DNA of 64,000 bases. Origin: Bigelowiella natans CCMP2755 (taxonomy: Eukaryota; Protista; Cercozoa). Position numbers and translations under genes: made by a program. The notes below the pieces were generated by a model. That model worked only from the letters and a program-made list of their open reading frames with translations, ran no database searches and was not told the DNA's origin. Below are positions 40,688 to 54,759 of this stretch, one piece after another. Numbering within the stretch: position 1 is the first letter of the stretch; each line of letters begins with the position of its first letter. The stretch spans positions 18,985 to 82,984 of the forward strand of contig ADNK01003345.1 of assembly GCA_000320545.1 (NCBI GenBank), in the 5' to 3' direction.

Positions 40688-41989
40688 GCTACATGAGTGT
40701 AAATATAAATTTATACACATACATACATGTGTGCACATATTATAAAGTATCATATGCTCACTTATATTTTAATATATCAATCCTCCCCGCCCCCCCCGTA
40801 ACTACTACGTACCTAGGATAGTGATGAAACCGCACATGAGAGCAAGAATGAGGTTAAAACGGATGTTCTTAAACCAGACACCAGATTGGGCCAAACCCAA
40901 ACTGAGGACAGTAATAAGAATGGCCAGGTATGTGTAGTCGGAACCCCTTGTCCTCATCACAGTACGATTGTATTGTATGCATTGGTTTCCTCCGCGCACG
41001 CGCTTATCATCCAGAGCGTTCATCACCACGGGAATAGTGCCCAGAAAGATCTGGTTGATGAGAATAATGATGATGATAATGACCACGAGGAACACAACAA
41101 TTCATCATCCATAAAGTAGTGGTAGTTGTAGTAGTAGTAGTGATAAAATACTACCGGTATGCAGCATATTGCAAAGACATAACGTGATCCCAGGCGCTCG
41201 ATAACAATCCCCACTGTGCCAACTGCTAGTAACGACATGCATGACATCCCCCCCCAGATGTAAGATACAAGATCCGCGTTGATGGATGGGTGCTGCTGGA
41301 TCTTCTCAGAATATTTCGCCTCAACAAGAAGATCATTCAATGCAATGTGCATCTGCGCAGCAAAGAGACATGAGAGTCCCACTCCAATTGAAATCTGGTT
41401 GACAGGTGTCGTCCCAATGGCTGCCAGAGCTATTATTGCACAGAAGGAAGTCGTGAGCATGTATGGAATTTTGTGATACCCAAATAATGCTATCGTGTCA
41501 CTCCCGATTCCCATGAGACCCTTCAAGGCCCATGGTGTCATTACAACTGACAAATAAATCTGAAGTGTAGATGCATCTATACCGCCCCGGTCACGGAAGT
41601 AGAATGAGATAGTGTTGTTGATGTATGATTGTACGAGGCCTTTTTGAAGGTGCTGAAAAAAACGGGAATATAAATTCATCAGTTTTTGAAATAGTAACGA
41701 TTCAGATTAGCTTGGGAGATCAATCCTATGGTATTTATTGAACAAAGCTTCTGATATACTTACATCACCCACATACACAGAGGCAGAAAGAGATATTACT
41801 AAATGTGTTGAGCACACGTTGTACCTGTACAGCGAAGATAGTTACAAGCAAGCCTGTTGTTGCAGTCTTCGAAAGCTCAATAATCCATGTTACGAAGTAG
41901 CTGATTCCAAATACTGACCAGTAGCATGGATTATACTTCCAGTAGATAGGTAACTCTCCCCTTTTTGTCTTGCTCTGTGAATCATCCAT
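39585..41989 (-). CDS. BT1 family folate/biopterin transporter (MFS-related)
   Basis: Family motifs PWALKGLMGIGSDTIALFGYHKIPY, LNDLLVEAKYSE and MPAVMILSRLCPKGLEATMFALLAS, with about 12 hydrophobic segments across ORFs 41023-41679, 40805-41095 and 39585-40649. Confidence 0.93.
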
Positions 41990-42943
41990 CGCCTTCTCAG
42001 CCGAGAACTTCTTTCGAATGAAGGCTCTAAACTAGTACTACGAAGAATGGAATCCCTACACGCTACGGTCAAGGAATCGCCTTCGAGATCCTGATCTAGC
42101 TATGAGGAAGCCAACAACGGCGAGCGATGCAACGAGAGGCGGAAATGAGAACAGTTTAAGATCCAATAAGAACACATTGTAAAGTTGGACATGTTATTAT
42201 TGAATATATTGTACTACTATCCATATCATACGACATGCAAATTATAGAATTATTTCCACATATAGTAAAATTTTGCTTTTATAGACTCGGCATGAGGTCT
42301 TGATTTATTGCGAAAAAAATTCGATGGGTGTTTCTTTTGTTAATTTATACAAATTGCCATGTCTTATGTGATTTATGGCATCCATCCATCCTAAAACAAC
42401 AATGATAAGTTTTTTGAATACAAAAGCCTCCTTTGATTCGCATGTCGCTCATCATGAGGCTGGTCATCCAACAGTTTAAAACCCCGTATTTATTCTTACG
42501 ACATGAACTTATGCATGTCGTATTACTCGATTTAAATAAAATTATCAGCTGTCCAAAAATTGTACCAAGAATTACTGAGTTGAGGAATAATTCCAGGCGT
42601 TATATCTAACGGCCTAACCACCTACGAGCGTTACCTAGGAACCCTACGACTACTCCCAATCCCCCCACCTATACAGTCGTAGCTTCTTGTTCCTGTCTGA
42701 TTTCAAGAACGGGAAGATTTAATACAACCCAAAAGCCCTCACTGCTATATACCCTAGTGCATTAGAGGTACAGCCTCCCGTCCCATTGCTTTGCGTGAAA
42801 AGACCTTTTCTCACCCTGCTGTAAATGAATGCAACTTCCGTCAAAAACTATGATCCCATGTGATCCATGCTTTGTGCTCGGTATTACTGTTGCGTAGGAG
42901 CTCGCCGTATCTATTTTGTATAGAGAAACCCAGGGTATCTGCT

Positions 42944-43133
42944 ATGAGTAGTGATATAGCTAATGCCACAAAGCTGCCGCAAGGTCTCCGGCCTGAACGC
43001 GCTATTATCCACACTCTCCATACCAATGGTAAATGGACGAAGAAGTCGACTCAAGTTGCAATAGAAGCAAAACCTTTTGCTGAAGGTTTGTAGTGAATAG
43101 TGAGACAAGCCCATGTTCATGTTTACGTATGTG

Positions 43134-43169
<36 letters not shown>

Positions 43170-43470
43170 AGAGTTTCTGCTAGTAAGGATATGCTCTATA
43201 TCAATTAACAATAAACTTGAAAATATCTCTAGATAGACATGGTAATTTACAACATTTACAGGATCATTTAGAAGAGCATACATATCGTATCTACTGCGAG
43301 ACAATCAGTGGCAAAAGTTTGTGTGTAAATTTGCCAAGGACAAGAACACACCGAGGCAGCTTTATTTCAAAGGTAGAGACTTTCTCCATGACCACAATGT
43401 GTGACAACCTTAGCGGCAAATGAAATATTTTTCCTTCCGATACAAACACACACACACAAACACCAACACA

Positions 43471-43507
<37 letters not shown>

Positions 43508-44989
43508 CACATACATTGTATGCATTACAAATAACAGACATCGAGGCACAGGTGTTCGCAATGGTGTGGGCCAAAAAATACAACAAGTACGATCCTCCCA
43601 AAAGAGTGGAATTTGCACTTTGCTTTGTACTGGTGGGTGCACATCTTCTCTTATACTCCATGCTTCAAAGTGACGTATCAGTAAACTGCATAGTCCTGCT
43701 AAACATATGACTTTGGCCCAATGACATCAATGTTTGAAAATATTTAACTTTTAAATTATAGTTGCTATAAGTATTAAATGTACTTTAGTAGTAATGATGG
43801 TGGTGATAGTGGTGATGGTAGTGGTAGATTTGCATCGAAAAAGTGACTGTATATATTCCTGAATTAGGAACTAGTAGACCGCCCCGGACGACCTGTATGT
43901 GGTTCAGAGATTTACATCAGTGGCCAATTCATGAAACACAACAACAATGTTGGTGCCGTTTGTACAGGAGGTAAGTAAGAGAGGTTAAAGAGGAGTGACT
44001 CTCTCTACAACAAGCACATAATCCACACATTCACGAATATACCTAACAAGAAAGGTAGAGAGAATGGTCATGTTGTATATGATAAAATCACGACTGTATT
44101 AAATGGTTGTTAACATTGTGTTGTGCTATGCTACTTGCAGCAGCGGGAGGGCCTGCAGTTGAGCCCGCTGTCGAAATGGATAGGAAGACAGCACAGGCAT
44201 TCAGCCACTTCACTTACGACGCCTCGCAAGGGCAGATATTGATTTGTGACATTCAAGGTGGAGAACCGCGCTCTTTTCCCCATTTAGTATCATATTTAAT
44301 AGCAGCAGGCAGAAACACACATGCACATTTCACCTTAAATAAGAGAGCAGATCAGAACGACGTTGTCACTTGCAGGTGTCCAAGGCATCTATACAGACCC
44401 ACAAATCCACACTGTGAACGGGAAGGGATTTGGAAGTGGTAATTTAGGACATACAGGTATCCGAGCGTTTCTCCTCCGCCATGTATGCAACGAAGTGTGC
44501 CGTGCAGTAGGGCTGGAGAAGATCCAGGCTAAAGCACTGTCATCAGGAAAGGTAGTCGATCGTAAAGGTGCGTCATTCAAATTTACGACGTTATCAGACG
44601 GGACAAATAAGCAGCAACAGTCCAGCATAGTACCCCGTGGTCAGAGCAAAAGAAGCATGACGAGCTCTACTTCTTCCTCGTCATCAATATTGACAAACCA
44701 TACATCAGCCGCTGCTGGTAACACCAGCGCCTCAAAGAGAACAGCAAAGAGCTCCAATGGTGCCAGCAATATTCAGAGTCATTCAGTAACATCTTCTGTA
44801 TCGTTACCGAACCGACCCTCGTTATCATCATCGTCGAAATCTATAGAGGAATCCAGGACAAAGTCAACGGCTACAGCATCTCTTACAATACAACCACCGC
44901 CTCGTAACAAGGACACGCGTAGCCCTAGCATAATGGACGAGGCAGATGAAAAGCTGATGAATTCGATATTAAATGGGCTTTCTATGTAG
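42944..44989 (+). CDS. Alpha-kinase (eEF2K/myosin heavy chain kinase family) with a Ser/Thr-rich C-terminal tail
   Basis: Spliced: KPFAEG|SFRRAY..FVCKF..|DIEAQVFAMVWAKKYN..|EIYISGQFMKHNNNVG|..QAFSHFTY..ICDIQG|VQGIYTDPQIH..FGSGNLG..FLLRHVCNEVC (C-terminal zinc finger). Confidence 0.95.
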
Positions 44990-45869
44990 TACAAGCTAGT
45001 TGGCAAATGCGCATTCTAGACACATGCTAGACATGCAACGTGTGAAATGGGTCGGTCCATCCACGATATCGCAGGTGCTGGTCATTTCATTGTTCGTCAG
45101 CAGCGAATTGGAGTTTGTGTATCGCGCACACCATCATTCATTGGTAGTGGGCTGGCACAATGGGTCGGTACGAATATACGTGCAAAGCTCAACGTCCAAC
45201 GTCCCAATGCGTGTGTGCGTGCAAGACATGTGTGCCTGATTGACGCGTGCCGCAACCATTTTCGATGTCATAATATGTGTGCGCGTGCATGTGTCTGGCT
45301 GGACTGTGTGTGTGTGTGTGTGTGTGGCATGCGCATCGATGCCGTGGCATGATTCGCTGCATTATAGCATGATCGAAGAAATTACATGCATGCGTAGTTA
45401 TTCATCAGTGTACGTTGCATGGGTAACTAGTAGTAGGTCACCCCATGGAGACACTGTGTACGCGTGTGACGTACATCTACCAATGACTTTCTATCACCAT
45501 GTGTGCGTGGCCCTTTTTCTATGTACATGCACATGCTCTTTCACATCTACACAGCGTACCAAGTGAACCCACTCGGATGTTCCACGCATCCATTATTGCA
45601 ACACGCAGCATGCTACACATGTGCTGAAACAATGTACATGTACGTATAGAGACATGTTTCTATGACACTCGTAATAGCTTGTGACAATAAAATTGCTATA
45701 CAATCTCAATTCGACCCAACCATCGTGTAATGGCTAGCAAGTTTGCATAGTAGGCTATGAACTCCGCTTCTTCTTCTTCTTTTTGTGCAACTCAGCAAAA
45801 GTGATTCCATTTTCAAACTGCGAACAATTCAACACATTGATGAGTCAAGCTAGTCACACCTTAGCGCAT

Positions 45870-47030
45870 TGTATTTATATTTAACTTGTAAATTTAACTA
45901 CCTCTTGGATAAGTCGCAGGTTCTTTCTTTTATTTTTGTAATAATAATCACTGGTTTTTATTGTTCTGCGCCGCATGTCGTATATACGTTCCCTCTATCA
46001 ACATATGATTTATTATATAAACTTGTCAACACGATTGTAACGGAAACGATGACGATAAGCCACCTTTTTCATTTCGGCTTCTGTACGTTTTTTCTTCAAT
46101 CGACCACGCTTTACACCACCACTATTTCTTCCTACAAAATATTTTCATCGTGGTTATTAGATATAGCAGATCAGGCAGTTTGCTTGAACGGGAAGTCCAT
46201 TCATTTATGTGTAATATACCTGCTGCTGACATATAACGAACGTAACTATTCTTTACGATGTGAATCCTACTCTGAGAGGATAATAATGATGATGATGATG
46301 ATGATTTTGATTATGATTATGATTATGATGATGATGATGATGATGACGATGACGAGGAGGGAGATGAGGGTCAGGATGATGTACGATATTATCAGCATGT
46401 GCTGTTTAACGATAGTGAGATAGGATGGGGTGATGGTTCGCACCAAAAAGTTGATGACATTCATCTATCCCCCACGAAAATTGATTGTTACACCAAAGTA
46501 GGTATAATATTTCACTCTTGTGGGCTGCTGCTGTTTTATATCTTGTATCTATGGAAGCTGGATGGACAGAGAGTAGAGAGAGAGAGAGAAGTGAGGAGGG
46601 GCATTCGATTCAGGTCATCTCCGAGATGATGGGAACTATACATATATATGTTGTCGCACCCTAAGAATACAAGACGTTTATGTTTCCCCGAGAGAGAATG
46701 GGAAATAAGCAAAGTGGAGTGTTATAAACTTTGTCGCACCCTAAGAATAAAGAGCGTTTGTGTGTTGTTGCTTCTGCTTGCCCCTTCTCTACGCCCCCCT
46801 CTCTTCTCCAGCAATAATATCCCATCTACGACCTACTTTCTGGATTCCCAGTTGTAGTAGTACTAGCACATTGGGGACGGAACGATGGGTTTGTGCCATC
46901 CATAAAGCGTTCAAAACGATGCATCATTATTCGTAGAGTTTATGATAAAGGCCGAATACTCACACACAGACTTATGACTTTACTTCCTCCAGGCGGTTCC
47001 CAGAATAGCAAGCTCGTCGTCCAGAGGCAT
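45870..47030 (-). CDS. Probable small multi-exon gene of unknown function
   Basis: Several minus-strand segments flanked by AG/GT have open, protein-like frames: MPLDDELAILGTAWRK (~47025), DTRYKTAAAHKSEILYLLWCNNQFSWGIDECHQLF (~46500) and GRNSGGVKRGRLKKKRTEAEMKK (~46100). I recognise no family, and the boundaries are approximate. Confidence 0.4.
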
Positions 47031-47239
47031 ACTAATGTGAGAAAGGGAGAGGAGAGTGAATCCGATAAATAAGAATAGTAGCACTGGCAAATTCTGTTGT
47101 TAACAACAGTTACTACAAGTATATGTATCGGATTTATTCGAATTTAATAATAATGGGTTGCGACCGTGATGACAGTATACAAATAACAAGTATATGTATT
47201 CGATTTATTGGAATTCAATAATAATGGGTTGCATGCGTG

Positions 47240-48242
47240 ATGATTCGTAGGTTTCTTCTTCGACACTATTTCGTTTGCTTGCAATTCCAGTGCTATCGTG
47301 CGTCCCCTTTACTTTATTCTGGATCTATAAAGAATATAGCCCTAGTTGGAAGAATTTACACAGTAGCAGCAGGTAGGTACCGTTGCTATTTAATGATGAT
47401 GATGGATAGAATGACTGATATCCATAATTACTGACTACTGCTGGCATTTGTTCTAGGAAAATAACTTCTCCAATTATTCTAGTGGTAGACTCAAAAAATG
47501 ATGAAGACCTCTTCCACGAAATACTAGAGAGCGAGATACCAGAAACCAAAACAATAATAGGTGATTTATTGCACTGCGACATCATTGGCATGTATCATCA
47601 TCATTATCATCACCACCACCACCACCATCATCTTCATCTTCCCCAGCATCATCATCATAGAGCTCTTTCTTACCGACAAACAATAGTTGGATTTGACACT
47701 GAATGGGGTCGGGATAGCGATTGCGTGTCAGTCATTCAGCTAGCTTTCCCATCTGGGAAAACGTTAGTGATAAAAGCCTCCCCTGGTATTATTCTTAAGT
47801 ATTGTTACTGAATTTAGAAGAAGTAGAATGATAAGAAATCAGCAATATTGATTCGTGTTGTGGCCATTCATTCGAGATACTAGTAAACATAAGAAATGGC
47901 TATTTTATATACTTGTAGATAGAGACTAAATTTGATCTTCTGTATAGGGCGGTGTGCTGTTTTGTCATTGAGTGACCGAATTACACCATGATAAATACTA
48001 CTACTGTTACTACTACAACTACTACTGCTACAACTACTACTACTACTATTACTACTGATTTGATGACCGAATTAGAATATGTCAAATACTACTACTACTA
48101 ATAATAACAATAATAATAATAATAGTGCAATTACTAATTTGATGACGACCGACGTGATAGGACCTGTCGCACCGTCTCTAAAAGCAATCCTGGATCACCA
48201 AAGAGTGTACAAGGTGCTCAATCCTGCATTCCCACAATATGA

Positions 48243-48299
<57 letters not shown>

Positions 48300-48445
48300 T
48301 TTATGTTATGTGTGTGTGTGTGTTTGCGTGTCTGTCTGTGTGTTGGGACGAGTAGTTCGATAATGATCTGTTGTTCAATCGCCATTTGCACAATATGATG
48401 AGACACAATAATTACTATACACATATATCTATATATGTACATATA

Positions 48446-48499
<54 letters not shown>

Positions 48500-48946
48500 G
48501 TAGGAGTTGCTTTGAGAGGAGACTTACGACGTCTACATCTTGGGCATGGTAGTAAGCGAGTAGAGAGTAGTAGGGACATGATGATGATGATGATGATAAT
48601 GATGATGATCAAAAGGAGGAAGGAAGGAAGCTACCCTGCTGTTGATGTCCTGCTATCTCGTCGTTGTTTTTTTAGACAATCCATAGTGGATAATATCGAA
48701 CATTCAAACAATACTGATTGAACGGGGACTTGTTTTCTTTCGTCTTCTTCAAGGCGTTTTTCTTTCATTCTCTCTCTTTTGTTTTTTACATTCCTGTTTT
48801 GATGTGATGCTGTTCCTACTACTACTGCTACTACTACTACTACTATTGCTACTACTATTGCTACTAAGGAGTCGACGTGGCCCCCTGCATAGATCTTCAG
48901 GATCTGGTCGAAGTAGTAGTAATCAAATCAAATCAAATCAACACTT

Positions 48947-48981
<35 letters not shown>

Positions 48982-49362
48982 GATACTTGTACTTCTGATC
49001 GATCATTCTCGTTAAAGCGATAGCATGTCCATTGATACAAAGATCGGTGTGCCATCTATAAATAAGCATAGTACAACAATAACAACTACTACTTACTACT
49101 GCTACTACCATTACTATTACTATTTAACAACGACTAGATCAAGATCGCTATACCTCCTAATAATGACCCTATTCGAGAAAGTCTCTCTCTCCGCACTATC
49201 ACCTACTTCCTCACTGGTTATTTATGATGATCAAGATAACAATAATGTTATATATTGACGACGACGATGATGATGATGGTAACAATGATGATGCTGCTGC
49301 TGCTGCTGCTGCTGTGGTCTCTGCTTCAGTTACACGTATATATATAAAAAAAATTACATATT

Positions 49363-49405
<43 letters not shown>

Positions 49406-51699
49406 CTTAATATATTAATAATCTACATATCATTTATTGATAGAAGCGACGTATGGGGTTGCTATTCCCCCTTATCCCCCTCCATCTCCCCCCCCCCTCC
49501 TCCTCTCTCTTTTGGTTCAATTTGTTCTCCTTCCCACCTTCTACAATTGTTTGATGGTCATAGGATATTTGCTTGAGAAAGACGATAGTGTACGGTGCGG
49601 TAGGTGCCACGATTAGTAGTGTACGACAAGTAACTATACGTGATTTGTAATATACTAAGAATGACATACAATACAACACCAAGGAACGAATAAGCAAATG
49701 AGGGAGTAGTTGCATTGTAAACATCATCATCATTTTTTATGTAATTAGCCTACAAACAAACAAACAAACAAACCGACATGGTCCTTCGTAGATAATTATA
49801 GGATGTATATGAAAGAAAGGAGTCAATCGAGAAGAAAATGGGAAAAAATTATGTTTGATGAATATGTTTTTAAATTTCTATAGTACTGCTCTATATGATT
49901 ATGATGTTGGTTTGCGCCAACAATGACTACTGTTTTTTCTTTTCTGTTTACTGTTATTATTATTTCATCGTAGTGCAGATTGTTTACCTTTGTTTGTGAG
50001 AAACATTAGAGTTTGATTATGATTAGTGAATATCAATAAATCTTATTCAGGAAACAACTGGTTATGATTAGTGAGTATCAATAACTCTTATTATTCAGGA
50101 AACTGGGATGCAAAACAATTGAATAGTCGCCAGCTCAATTATGCGGTTGTTAAAGAAAAAGAAGAAAGAGAATAGGATGATGATGATGATGATGATGATG
50201 GCAATGGTGATGGTGATGAAGTAAATCATCATATTAAGAAGAATAAATGTCGCCGTTGTGTGTCGTCGAATCACTTTGTCATCGTCCTTCGTCGTTTTTA
50301 TTCATCACTTTATATCAGTACTTATTAACGTTGGTACGTACTAACTACTATCAAAGGCTCTAGATGCATATTGTGCTCGAGAATGTCTGATAAAGTTGTG
50401 GAATTATGCAACTACAATCGATGAAAGGAAGACATCAGGTAGTAAAAAGAAATATGGCTATCCACTTTTCCGGTAAAAGACTGCCGCTGTGGTGGTATAC
50501 GAATAATGCTCTATCTCTGCTTGATATGATGTATATATGTATCATCTTCTAAGTAACAGATGATGATTCAACTAGCTCCTCTTCCTCCTACTACTACGAC
50601 ATGTAAATATGACGGTGTGTGTCGTTATCATCATCATGCAGGTATCGAATCGTGGCTTAAAAGCATCACAAATCACAACTTTGGCAGAGGAGGAGGAGGA
50701 GGAGGAAGGAACAACAATAAAAAAAAGAAACATAGAGTTCGTAGCAGCAATAGTAGTACTACTAGCAATTTAGAAGACGACAAGCACCTTAACCATCAAC
50801 ATCATCATCATCAGCAGCAGCAGCAGCAGCACAAGGTACTACATCGACGAGTGTCAAACACATCATTAGTCACAACAAGGACCACGACATCATCGATGAT
50901 GTCAACGACGAGAGAACAACTAGACGATATTGAAATAATACATTTGGAAGAAGAAGAAGAAGAAGAAGAGAAGGACAGAATATATAACAAGATGCAAGAG
51001 TCACTACTCGGAATAGAACGAGCGAAACGATGTAATCTGCTGCAATTAGAGGTGAGTAGGAACACGAATATATTGAGTTAATGGTGGTAATGAATGATAA
51101 CAACAACAACATAATGATGAGGATGATGAGGATGATGAGGATGGATGCGACTTATGTAATTTATTATATACTTTCAGCATAATGAGGATGATGAGAATTG
51201 ATTATATACTTAGAGCAGCCAATGTAGTAAATACCTACTACCCAATGCTGCTGCTGCTGCAGCTCCTACTGCGCAAATACTAATGTAATACGTATACTAA
51301 TGCAATATATTCATAGCCAATGGAATACCCCCTATGCGTGGTGAGCAATCCCCGGGTAGTACCTGGAATCAAGATACAATGTAGTTCCTACGCAGTTGCA
51401 AAGAACAAGGGAAGGAGGAAGAAGAGAAAAGGATCTTCTACCAAATATCAAAGAAAGTCTGGACTAATGAAAGACGATAGAGGTAGTAGCAGCAGTAGTC
51501 ATTATCATCAACGTCATCATCGTCATCATTATCATCATCATCATCATCATCACCATCATCCAGTGACGAAGAAAAATACGATGAACGCCCTACTATTGCT
51601 CCCATCATCATCATCACCACCACCACCAAGATTAGATCAGTGTCTGGAGGTAATAATGATAATAATATTAATACGAATGGGGTATAACTACGTTTGTAG

Positions 51700-51738
<39 letters not shown>

Positions 51739-53880
51739 TACTACACACATACATATACTTCTATGATGATGATGTTTAGCCTACCATCGTGCTACATGTA
51801 AGAACAACTGTACATTTACGAACATGTCCCTACATTGTTGTCACAGCCTACACACACGTCATCATTATCATCATTATCACCATTAACACCCATAGGCCCT
51901 ACAGCCTACACACACGTCATCATCATCATCATCATCATCACCATTAACACCCATAGGCCCTACAACTTGAAAAGTAGTACTAGTCCTCCTATCTATCTAC
52001 ATTGTCGTCGTGTACATCATCTTGTTTTTTGTCACTCTGATCGGCCATCGTCATGATCAACCACCCCTTTTCGCATTGTCTGATTTTCTCCACGGTGCTG
52101 TGATTGTCATTTTGATCATATTGTTATAATTATTATTCTGGCTGCTGTAAATGTGATAATAGGAGTTCTCCACTGGAATTCCAAAGTGGGTGATGACGAT
52201 GATGACGATGACGACGACCTCCACGCTCAAGGAAGAAGAAGAACAACAAAAAAAACAACAACAACAGCAACAACAACAAGGAGAAATGAAAGGGGGGAAA
52301 GCGAAGGAGAAGAGGAAGGACAAAGGAAAAATAGGGAAGGGGTTACTAGCATCGGAGATCAATTGTGCTGGATCAACGACAAAGCCGATTAGTCATTATT
52401 CTGCTGCTGCTAGATCATCATCATCCACAAAAGCGATTAGTCATTATTCTGCTGCTGCTAGATCATCATCATCCACAAAAGAAGCGGATGATGTTTCGAC
52501 TTTGTCGTCATCATCACTAGAATTGTCATCAAATCTTCCCTCCTCCTCCTCCTCCTTATCATCATCATTATCATCATCATCTTCTTCTTCTTCTTCCAAA
52601 ATCGACTACCTACCACGGTACCTTCTGGATCACAAGGAATGGAGGTCTCCATACTACTGGAAATCATTGAAAGCAACCGAACATCTCATTCGTCTTGAAT
52701 TTCCTACACCACTTACAATCTGTGGATATGCTCTCAGAGCGACTGCAAACAGGTGGTCATCGTCGTCGTTGTTTGTCGTTGTTGATGATGATTCTAAATG
52801 ATTGTGTAATTATGATGATGGTGATGATTGATGGTGGAGCACAGTTCTTGCTATCGAGAAGCTCCCCAAAGATGGCGATTTGAGGTTCTCCACGGTCAAC
52901 AACAAGGAGAAGAAGGCAAAGAAGGAGAAAAGAAGAAGAGAAGCCACAGTAACGAATGGCAATGTATAGATTATGTTTCAAACTTTGATAAATGGTCGTA
53001 TTCGAGCCCACAGCTCGGTTTGCATCCGAATCAGGTAGAGGATAGCTAGTAGTAGTAGTAGTAGTAGTAGATAGCAATACTAGCAGAAGGTTAACTATCG
53101 TCAGTGCCTGTCATCATCTTTGGCCCTGCTGCTACTGCTGCTGGTGGTTTCTGGTCATGGTGATGGAACTGTTGTGCGTCTGTCGCTATCTTTGTTGTAT
53201 TCTTCTTATTCTTAATCTCTCCATATTCACCAAGAGAAGAAGATCAAATGGGGGATATTGTCGTTTTCATCATTATTTTCATTAAATAATGCAGTTAATA
53301 ATGTGTAGGTTCCTGGCGATTATCGTTCTTTTTCCTTCGTAGAACCTCAAAAGAACGTTTCGCAAGTGCAAATACGTATTTTGCCTCCTCTCATTCCATT
53401 TATGAATGAAACAACAGGAAAAGAAAGAACATCATCATCACCAGCAGCATCACCATTTGTCACAAGTCTGTCTTCATTTATTGTGATTGGGAGAATCACA
53501 AAGACAACATCTAATCATCTTTTTTCGGCCAGAAAGTAAATAGATGATATTATCCATGATGATGATGATGATGATAAGTTGTTTCTCATCATTGTTAAAT
53601 GCAAACATCTGATCAAGTGACGTTTTTGTATGGTTTTAGGTACGGGCATGGACATCATGGAGGTTTGCAGCATGGAGACCTCCTTGATGAGAATAATAAT
53701 GATATCAGAGATGATCGCAGCCCCCTTCGCCGACGACAACGACATCGTGATCATTCAATTTACTACAACACAAAGAAGTTGAGGGTGTTTGGAGGGAGGA
53801 GCAGATATAACGTAGCGGAGAGGGTCAACTTCAATTCACAAGATTTTTCTAGATTCATTCGTGTGATGAGCGGTAATTGA
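47240..53880 (+). CDS. DnaQ-like 3'-5' exonuclease (WRN-exo/EXD2-like) followed by low-complexity sequence and a discoidin/F5-8 type C-like domain
   Basis: ExoI IVGFDTEWG..VSVIQLA (47683), ExoII VGVALRGDLRRL (48500), ExoIII GNWDAKQLNSRQLNYA|ALDAY (50099-50146 and 50357). Downstream: EHLIRLEFPTPLTICGYALRATAN, YREAPQRWRFEV, VPGDYRSFSF and GGLQ..KLRVFG. The 3' end is uncertain; a possible donor at ~53872 could continue the gene. Confidence 0.75.
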
Positions 53881-54697
53881 TAACCAAATAATCATATTGT
53901 CATCATGTTCGCAAGTTGCACAGTACTATCCATGTCCACTCTCATCATATTGCATACTAGAAGTGTATTGTGTCATCACGCTGCTCGCTGGTGTTTGTTG
54001 TGTTGTGGAATATAAATTTCGTCGTCGTCGTCTCTTTCTCCTTCTTCTTCTTCTTCTTCTTCTTCTTCTTCATCATCATGACCATCACCTAGAGAGTTTA
54101 GGAGGGCGGAACAATCAATGCTATATGCCTCAGAGAGTAAGTAGTAGTAATTATAACAATTAAAACAATGCTGTAGTAGTAATGACAACAATTAAAACAA
54201 TGCTGTGCTCGTCAGAGAAGAAGTTATAATAATAATAATAGTAATAATAATAATAGTAATAATGCTACGTGCCTCCTCAGAGGGTACACAAGAAGAAGAA
54301 GAAGAAGAAGAAGAAATAAAAGAAGAAAAAGTTGATATTCTTACATCATCCTTAGCTATTTTTTTCTCTCCTACCTTTTCTTTTCTTCGTCATCATCCTG
54401 TTCTTCTGTACTTGCTCATGCGTATGATACTACCTAAAATAACAATAATTATTGTTGTTTTCCAACCCATCCTTGTCACAATTTACATCATTATAATCAT
54501 CATCATCATCATCATCATTATCATGTTTGGTTTTGTTCTTCTACCTCTTCATCATTCTTTAAATCTCAAAAAAAGTTTTACTCCTACCTACTTTTTCTAT
54601 TTCTTCTACTACTACTACTGCTACTTCTCTACTACTACTACTACCACTACTTCTACTACTACTACTTCTACTACTACTACTGCTACTACTACTACTG

Positions 54698-54732
<35 letters not shown>

Positions 54733-54759
54733 GTTTGCAAATGAATACTGGCATCAGGT

